DNA from: an uncultured Veillonella sp.
GTDB taxonomy: Bacteria > Bacillota > Negativicutes > Veillonellales > Veillonellaceae
Assembly (NCBI GenBank): GCA_963533015.1
Contig: CAUSMY010000001.1
Coordinates: 1-34,058, forward strand
Direction of reading: 5' to 3'
DNA length: 34,058 nt
How positions within the stretch are numbered: the stretch's first letter is position 1; every line of letters starts with the position of its first letter. Below the pieces are notes generated by a model. That model worked only from the letters and a program-made list of their open reading frames with translations, searched no databases and was not told the DNA's origin. The translations under genes were made by a program, and so were the position numbers. Shown here piece by piece: positions 28,125 to 34,058 of this stretch.

Positions 28125-28153
28125 ATATTACAATATCTTACTGGAAGATGCAA
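28125..28153 (-). promoter_or_regulatory. Putative sigmaA promoter just downstream of the lysE stop
   Basis: TTGCAT (28153-28148), 17 nt, TAATAT (28130-28125). Confidence 0.45.
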
Positions 28154-28168
28154 TGAATGATTCATAAG

Positions 28169-28777
28169 TTATATATACATAATTACGCCATCTAAGAATA
28201 ATTTCGCTCCATACCCAAATAAAATTAATCCACAAATTCGGTTAATCCATATGAGTTGGGAAATTTGTATGCGTTTAGCTAACTTGTGAATGATCGTAGA
28301 CAAGGTACCAAACCAAGCAAAGGCAGATACGATATACCCCAGCAAGAAATATATAGCGGCATCCTCTGGAATACTAGCTTTCACAGCGCCGAACATCATC
28401 GTCACATCGATCAGTGCCTGTGGATTTAACCAGGCCACCGCAAAGGCAGTGGTCACAATATTCCAAATCGTCACATTCGTATCCATGTGAGATACTTGCG
28501 GCTCTGAATTAAACACGGTATAGCCCATATAAAAAATAACGGCCCCACCCAGTAGTAGAATAATTCCTTTCAGAAATGGCCATATATCAAGCATAGCACC
28601 GATGCCATAAAAGGCAGACACGCTTAATGTAATATCAAAAAATGCCACAATTAAAATGGTAATCACAATGCGAGAGACCTTTTGGACCAACGCGGTATTC
28701 ACAATAAATAGGTTTTGCATTCCAATGGGTGCCAATACAGCAAATCCCAATAAAAGCCCTTCCCAAAAATAGGTCAT
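28169..28777 (-). CDS. LysE/ArgO family amino-acid exporter
   Basis: G..LG...LAPIG.QN.FI...AL, WLNPQA.ID, SA..WF..L, INRICG. ATG 28777 follows GAAAGGAG. Confidence 0.9.
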   Translation of the reverse strand: MTYFWEGLLLGFAVLAPIGMQNLFIVNTALVQKVSRIVITILIVAFFDITLSVSAFYGIGAMLDIWPFLKGIILLLGGAVIFYMGYTVFNSEPQVSHMDTNVTIWNIVTTAFAVAWLNPQALIDVTMMFGAVKASIPEDAAIYFLLGYIVSAFAWFGTLSTIIHKLAKRIQISQLIWINRICGLILFGYGAKLFLDGVIMYI

Positions 28778-28912
28778 ATTGGCTCCTTTCATTATCTACA
28801 TCCATTCTGTTACTACCTAGGTATTGTACGGCTTGACGTGAAGTCTTGCACAGTACCCGTAGACGACCCCCAGATGACATCGTCAAGAACAAGCTACTTT
28901 TCAACCAGAGAG

Positions 28913-28953
28913 AAAATAAAACTCCTAGGAACCTATACGATTGTCCCTAGGAA
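28913..28953 (-). terminator. Intrinsic terminator after the DUF2156 gene
   Basis: Minus strand TTCCTAGGGAC-loop-GTTCCTAGGAG followed by TTTTATTTT. Confidence 0.7.
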
Positions 28954-28967
28954 TTACATGCTATTTG

Positions 28968-29885
28968 TTATAGAGTGTCATCACAGCCACCCTGTTTGAT
29001 ACAACGGGCATCAAATTTTTCTGCAAAATGGTCTGGATGATACGATTCTTTTGCCATGCGAAGACCTGGCAATCCCATATCCTCTTCACGGTTGATAAAT
29101 TTTGTATCTGCGAATTCATGACGAATAAATTCATTATTGATAGCTTGATACAAACCACGAATAGTTGGATTTGCTTTTTCAATGTGGATTAACGCCATAT
29201 GTTCATTCAGCATTTCCCCAATCGTGAAAGCCTCGACATGTCCGAACAGTTTAATGCATCCGCCCACAAGACCTAATGCATCCCAATGATCGAAGAGTAA
29301 GTTGATAGCTGTTAACTCATCTTCAATACCTTCTTCATGATGCGTTTCTACCCATTGCGCTGCCGCTTCTCGGCAAAGTAGAATTGTAGTCTCATCAATG
29401 GGCATATATTCATAGTTAGAATATTGCATACGGAATTGATTTAAATGATTTTTCTTTTGACGTAACTTTTTACCAGCTAAGGTAATCATATCTTCTGTAC
29501 GATAAATATATTCAAAGTTATCTCTGTCTGCAGTAAATTCATAACAATCTGGACATAGCTTTTGCATCCGTTCCATCATGATAGGGTTAACACCTTTTAA
29601 TAAAAATGGAATTTGATTATCTTTGAACCATTCCTTAGCCATTTGTAAACCATCGACAAATTTGGCATCTTTTCCTGCAAATGGTGGCAACATAAATGGA
29701 GTGTCCGTCACTCCGCCACCTTTAATAAATAATACGCCTTCTTCTTCTGCCCAAGTAATGCCATACGCATCTTGCCACATAAACAGCGTAGTAAAACTGT
29801 TATCTGACGCTTCATAATGATGCTCTCCGAAGTATGCATCAATACGGGACTTATCTTCTAAGGTAAAACGCTTAAAGTCTAAAAT
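28968..29885 (-). CDS. Stand-alone DUF2156 protein (MprF/phosphatidylglycerol lysyltransferase C-terminal-like, tRNA-dependent transferase fold)
   Basis: RDNFEYIY...L.GKK...K.NH.N.F, AFTIGE, HIEKA...RGLYQ.IN, INREEDMG..GLR.AK.SY.P. The family-like N-terminus (LDFK..TLEDK..I..YF......SD.SFT.LFMW) extends 35 codons upstream of the ORF-track ATG to an ATT 8 nt after AGGAGG. Confidence 0.85.
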   Translation of the reverse strand: MLDFKRFTLEDKSRIDAYFGEHHYEASDNSFTTLFMWQDAYGITWAEEEGVLFIKGGGVTDTPFMLPPFAGKDAKFVDGLQMAKEWFKDNQIPFLLKGVNPIMMERMQKLCPDCYEFTADRDNFEYIYRTEDMITLAGKKLRQKKNHLNQFRMQYSNYEYMPIDETTILLCREAAAQWVETHHEEGIEDELTAINLLFDHWDALGLVGGCIKLFGHVEAFTIGEMLNEHMALIHIEKANPTIRGLYQAINNEFIRHEFADTKFINREEDMGLPGLRMAKESYHPDHFAEKFDARCIKQGGCDDTL

Positions 29886-29929
29886 AGGACTCGCCTCCTA
29901 ATACTCTGATTTTATGATATAACATTACT

Positions 29930-29958
29930 ATTATATGCTATTCATCGATAAAATTCAA
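29930..29958 (-). promoter_or_regulatory. sigmaA promoter of the DUF2156 gene
   Basis: TTGAAT (29958-29953), 17 nt, TATAAT (29935-29930). Confidence 0.7.
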
Positions 29959-30149
29959 TGCAGAAAAAACACACTCTTCTTTCCTTGAGAAATGCCGTTA
30001 CGAGTAGTAGCCTTGTGGCGTTCCCTTTACTACCTAAATCATACAAACGCAGAAGACCGTAACATCCCCACCGTAAAGCGCCATTATAGAATCGGTCTTT
30101 CTTACCCCCTTATCTGATAAAGTCACATAAACATAAGAAGAGCACGACA

Positions 30150-30206
30150 TGTTCCGGAGCAAACCTACCGTAGGATCAGTTTGTGGAGGAATGTGTCGTG
30201 CTCTTC
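30150..30206 (-). terminator. Large hairpin downstream of gyrA (terminator or part of a structured RNA)
   Basis: Perfect 13-bp GAAGAGCACGACA/TGTCGTGCTCTTC stem, followed on the minus strand by TTATGTTT. Confidence 0.45.
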
Positions 30207-30242
30207 CCTTCTGCTCAATTAAGAAAAGCAAGAAAGCCGATA

Positions 30243-32717
30243 TTAAAACAAGCTTTCGTCTTCTTTTAGATCTTCTCCAGAGATAACCGCCACAGAGGCA
30301 ATTTTATCTCCTTCGTCTAAGTTCTGTGTTTTCACGCCAGAAATGGCTTTACTTTTCTTCACGGCAATGTCGTTCACGTCAAAGCGAATGATCTTGCCTT
30401 GTTCAGAAATCAGCATCATTTCATCGTTGTCATTAACGATTTCTACAGCTACTACTTCGCCAGTTTTGTCCGTGATTTTAAAGTTTTTCGTTCCTTTACC
30501 ACCACGTTTTTGCACTGTATAGGAGCTTTCTACATTGCGTTTGCCATACCCTTCTTCACTGATAGTGAATACTTGGCATTCTTCGCCTGTACCGTGGATA
30601 ATACTAGCACCTACGACTTCGTCAGCAACGTTTAGGTTAATACCTTTCACACCACGAGCAGCACGTTTCATCAAGCGTACATCAGCTTCATGGAAACGAA
30701 TGGCCATACCTTTTTTCGTGCCTAGCAATACATCTTGGTTACCATAGGTCAAGCCTACAGAGATCAACTGATCTCCTTCGTCCAATGCCACTGCATTCAA
30801 GCCGCCACGGCGGATGTTGCGGTATTCATCGATGGATGTCCGCTTCACAACGCCCTGTTTTGTGACCATGAACAAGTTCACATCGCTGGAGATGCGTTCT
30901 AAGTCGATCATGTTCGTCACTGTTTCCCCTACATTAAGAGGAAGTACGTTGATGATGGCTGTACCACGAGAGTTACGGCTAGATGCTTCTGGCACTTCGT
31001 AGGCTTTCAAGCGGTACGCACGACCTGTAGATGTGAAGAATAACAAGGTATTATGAGTGCGCACATGCATAATTTGCGCCACATAATCGTCTTCTTTCGT
31101 TTTCATACCCACAACGCCTACGCCACCTTTATGCTGGTTACGGTACACATTGGCATTCATGCGTTTGATATAGCCTTGACGAGTTAAGGTAATGACCATT
31201 TCTTCGTCAGCAATTAAATCTTCCACATCAAAGTCAGATGTATCGATAGTGATTTCACTGCGACGTTTATCACCATATTTTTCTTTCATAGCGATTAACT
31301 CTTCTTTGATGATGTCACGTTGACGTGCATCGGAGGCTAAAATCGCTTTCAAGTCCGCAATCAACACCAATAATGCCGCATGTTCTTCTTCGATTTTTTC
31401 ACGTTCCAAGCCTGTTAAACGAGCTAAACGCATATCTAAGATGGCGTTCGCTTGAATTTCTGTAAGGCTGAACTTTTCAATCAAAGCGGTACGAGCAATA
31501 TCTGTAGTTTGAGAACTACGGATAGTGTGGATCACTTCGTCAATATGATCTAAAGCGATCAACAAGCCTTCCAATACGTGAGCACGAGCTTCTGCTTTTG
31601 CTAAGTCGAACTCTGTACGGCGTACAATGACTTCTTGGCGGTGTGTTAAGTAGTGGCCTAATACTTCTTTCAAAGTCAATACTTTTGGATGGCCTTTCAC
31701 CAATGCCAACATAATCACGCCGAATGTATCTTGTAATTGTGTGTGTTTATATAATTTGTTCAACACGATATCTGGTTGCACGTCCGCACGCAATTCGATA
31801 ACGATGCGAAGACCTCGGCGGTCACTTTCATCACGAAGGGCTGTAATACCATCCACCACTTTATCACGACTTAAATCTGCAATGGTTGCAATCAAGCGTG
31901 CTTTATTCACTTGGTACGGAATTTCTGTGACCACGATACGGTGCTTACCTTTGGTCATAGCCTCAATGTGAGCTTTCGCGCGCATTTTGATGCTACCACG
32001 ACCTGTGGCGTAGGCTTTTTTAATGCCCTCACGACCAAGGATTGACGCTCCTGTCGGGAAATCTGGACCTTTAATAGCCGTCATCAATTGGTTCACATCC
32101 ACCTCTGGATCATCGATGAGCATCACGAGACCATCTACCACTTCCCCTAAGTTGTGGGGTGGAATGTTCGTCGCCATACCTACCGCAATGCCGGCAGAAC
32201 CATTGATTAACAAATTTGGAATCTTTGCAGGAAGCACAGTTGGTTCTTCCAAGGATTCGTCATAGTTCGGCATAAAGTCCACAGTTTTCTTCTCGATATC
32301 TGCGAGCATTTCTGTAGCAATACGAGACATACGAACTTCCGTATACCGCATGGCCGCAGCGGAGTCACCGTCAATGGAACCGAAGTTACCATGACCATCC
32401 ACTAGTGGATATCTTGTATTAAAATCTTGGGCCAAACGCACCGTTGCATCGTACACAGAGCTATCACCATGTGGATGGTATTTACCAAGTACATCGCCGA
32501 CGATACGAGCCGATTTTTTGTACGGTTTCGACGGTGTCATGCCTGTTTCATGCATCGCATATAGAATACGACGGTGTACAGGTTTCAACCCATCGCGTAC
32601 ATCTGGAAGGGCGCGCATAACGATAACGCTCATCGCATAATCGATGTAGGAGCTGCGCATTTCTTTATCGATTTGGACTGGCACAATCTTGCCATGACTC
32701 CAAGCCTTTTCCTCCAT
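30243..32717 (-). CDS. gyrA: DNA gyrase subunit A
   Basis: [40 protein letters not shown] (catalytic Tyr), [11 protein letters not shown]-terminal beta-pinwheel repeats. RBS GAGGTG. Confidence 0.96.
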   Translation of the reverse strand: MEEKAWSHGKIVPVQIDKEMRSSYIDYAMSVIVMRALPDVRDGLKPVHRRILYAMHETGMTPSKPYKKSARIVGDVLGKYHPHGDSSVYDATVRLAQDFNTRYPLVDGHGNFGSIDGDSAAAMRYTEVRMSRIATEMLADIEKKTVDFMPNYDESLEEPTVLPAKIPNLLINGSAGIAVGMATNIPPHNLGEVVDGLVMLIDDPEVDVNQLMTAIKGPDFPTGASILGREGIKKAYATGRGSIKMRAKAHIEAMTKGKHRIVVTEIPYQVNKARLIATIADLSRDKVVDGITALRDESDRRGLRIVIELRADVQPDIVLNKLYKHTQLQDTFGVIMLALVKGHPKVLTLKEVLGHYLTHRQEVIVRRTEFDLAKAEARAHVLEGLLIALDHIDEVIHTIRSSQTTDIARTALIEKFSLTEIQANAILDMRLARLTGLEREKIEEEHAALLVLIADLKAILASDARQRDIIKEELIAMKEKYGDKRRSEITIDTSDFDVEDLIADEEMVITLTRQGYIKRMNANVYRNQHKGGVGVVGMKTKEDDYVAQIMHVRTHNTLLFFTSTGRAYRLKAYEVPEASSRNSRGTAIINVLPLNVGETVTNMIDLERISSDVNLFMVTKQGVVKRTSIDEYRNIRRGGLNAVALDEGDQLISVGLTYGNQDVLLGTKKGMAIRFHEADVRLMKRAARGVKGINLNVADEVVGASIIHGTGEECQVFTISEEGYGKRNVESSYTVQKRGGKGTKNFKITDKTGEVVAVEIVNDNDEMMLISEQGKIIRFDVNDIAVKKSKAISGVKTQNLDEGDKIASVAVISGEDLKEDESLF

Positions 32718-32758
32718 TGTATCACCTCATTTTTAAAAACGAATTTTATAACTACTCT

Positions 32759-32767
32759 ATTATACCA
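32759..32767 (-). promoter_or_regulatory. Extended -10 promoter element of gyrA
   Basis: Minus strand TGGTATAAT about 40 nt upstream of the start. Confidence 0.6.
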
Positions 32768-32859
32768 TTTTATGCACTTTTTTTCTATCTTTTTACATGA
32801 AAGTTTCTATACGCTCAAATATAAACACTTATAAACGTATGTGTTGTATAAATATTCTT

Positions 32860-34020
32860 TTATTTTTGAGCGTCTAGCATAGCCTCATTTAATCGATTCA
32901 TACGGAAATGCTCCACCACATCAATCATAAAGCGTTCATCATGAATAGGATTCACATCCATCTTAAACAGATGCGAGGTACAATGGCAATCACTACAGCC
33001 AAAGCCTTTTACTTCACCTACACTAATCTCCTTCACAGCCTTTGCCAATTCACATTCTAAATCACTGGAGCTGCGAATGGGTAAGGCTGCCACAACAGCG
33101 CTGACACTGCGTAAATAATCAAGGTGCCAATGTTTTTGCTTCCGCTTTCGTTTATGACGTTCAATACGCTTTTCTAAATTCGCCTTCGCTGACCCTACAT
33201 AGATATAATAGCCGAGGTCAAAGTGCATCTCTCCCTTGCTACCGATGGTTACAGTCACTGGATCTTCCACCTGCAACACCATGAGGTAATCCCCTCGATC
33301 TTCCGCTTCTCGGCGCACAGCCTCATCATGATACAAGCATTCTCGCACCACCTTAGGTCGATTAAACTCTGGGGTCCACTGTAATGCCATAGCCTTCCAG
33401 TCTAATTGTGGCACTACCTCAATAAATGTTTTAGTAAATTCCAAATCCGTATGAAAGTCTGGAGAAAACCACAGCGCTCGTTCCCACTGCACCAAGAACA
33501 GAATCCCAGTACGATATCCCTCTTGTTGTAACTCTTGCAAATGTAGCAAATGTTTTCTGCCACGCTCCGTCACCGCATCAGGAAACATCGCTCCTTGATC
33601 ACCAAATAAGGTACATGATTTTACTTCCAGTAAAAAGTGTTCTTCCTTGTCATTGGTAAGGAGTAAATCAAATCGACTATGACCCACCGTATACTCTCGT
33701 CGTACCACACGCCACTCTTCCCATCCTGGGATGAGTTGTTCTTCGATCATGTACTCCGCCATGTCATTACAATAATTGGTATCTAACATGATGGGCACAC
33801 CATCACGTTCAATACCGATGACACGATATTGCGTCTTCGCTCCTTCTTTTGGATGATGCACCACATACATCTTCACTCCTACAAAGAGGAGCTCCCACAT
33901 ACGGCCTGGATTCGGTAAGTGAGCCGCTATCATCTGTCCCTGTAATTCTAAATGGACCACAAATCGGTTCGGTCGCTCTACAAAAGTAGCGACCTGTACA
34001 TTTTCATATAAAACTTTCAT
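32860..34020 (-). CDS. sfsA: SfsA nuclease-fold protein fused to a C-terminal DUF123 (GIY-YIG-like) domain
   Basis: RPNRF, HLPNPGRM.EL, SRFD.LL, EVKSCTL, FPDAVTERGRKHL..L. C-terminal G.Y...GYYIYVGSA...RI.RH...KHWH.DYL...EC.LA...GFG.SDC.C.SHLF. Confidence 0.88.
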   Translation of the reverse strand: MKVLYENVQVATFVERPNRFVVHLELQGQMIAAHLPNPGRMWELLFVGVKMYVVHHPKEGAKTQYRVIGIERDGVPIMLDTNYCNDMAEYMIEEQLIPGWEEWRVVRREYTVGHSRFDLLLTNDKEEHFLLEVKSCTLFGDQGAMFPDAVTERGRKHLLHLQELQQEGYRTGILFLVQWERALWFSPDFHTDLEFTKTFIEVVPQLDWKAMALQWTPEFNRPKVVRECLYHDEAVRREAEDRGDYLMVLQVEDPVTVTIGSKGEMHFDLGYYIYVGSAKANLEKRIERHKRKRKQKHWHLDYLRSVSAVVAALPIRSSSDLECELAKAVKEISVGEVKGFGCSDCHCTSHLFKMDVNPIHDERFMIDVVEHFRMNRLNEAMLDAQK

Positions 34021-34058
34021 ATATATCCTTACGTTCTATCACTTCATATAACATCATT

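Noticed and set aside
28635..28904. 89-aa ORF overlapping the lysE start as a leader peptide
   Set aside because: Out of frame and overlaps lysE extensively; no SD and no Arg/Lys codon run.
30034..30231. 65-aa minus-strand ORF after gyrA
   Set aside because: No SD, TTG start, no protein-like motif, and it runs through strong hairpins.
32448..32462. Fluoroquinolone-resistance substitution in the GyrA QRDR
   Set aside because: Sequence GDSSVYD keeps Ser and Asp at the positions equivalent to E. coli 83 and 87.
156..32834. Numerous 60-140 aa ORFs antisense to or nested in the called genes
   Set aside because: Shadow ORFs of well-supported genes, lacking RBS and recognisable domains.
1..34058. 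CRISPR array, tRNA/rRNA, IS, integrase or prophage genes
   Set aside because: No regularly spaced repeats, cloverleaf or rRNA signatures, or transposase/integrase/phage ORFs were seen; no direct repeats were found flanking the restriction block.

Overview
A mostly minus-strand chromosomal segment from a low-GC diderm Firmicute. T-box, SepF and DivIVA occur together with an outer-membrane autotransporter, which points to Negativicutes, probably Veillonella-like (inference). Housekeeping content: pncA-like amidase, ileS with a T-box riboswitch (Ile AUC specifier), a rhodanese, a sirC-hemA-hemC-cobA/hemD-hemB-hemL tetrapyrrole operon, a pgeF-yggS-sepF-proC-ylmH-divIVA cluster, and gyrA. Accessory or unusual content: (1) a type Va autotransporter plus a 2[4Fe-4S] ferredoxin; (2) an orphan SUFU-family protein with a signal peptide abutting an MFS pump; (3) a SauUSI-like PLD-SF2 helicase-DUF3427 type IV restriction gene coupled to a Nudix hydrolase; (4) a DUF2156 / LysE / Eis-like GNAT cluster, where the DUF2156 gene appears to start at a non-canonical ATT and a promoter-hairpin-terminator unit encoding MRLRMHT sits upstream of the Eis-like gene; (5) an SfsA-DUF123 (GIY-YIG) double-nuclease fusion. 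I found no rRNA, tRNA, CRISPR array, transposase or integrase. Family calls come from motif recognition only; no database search was run.
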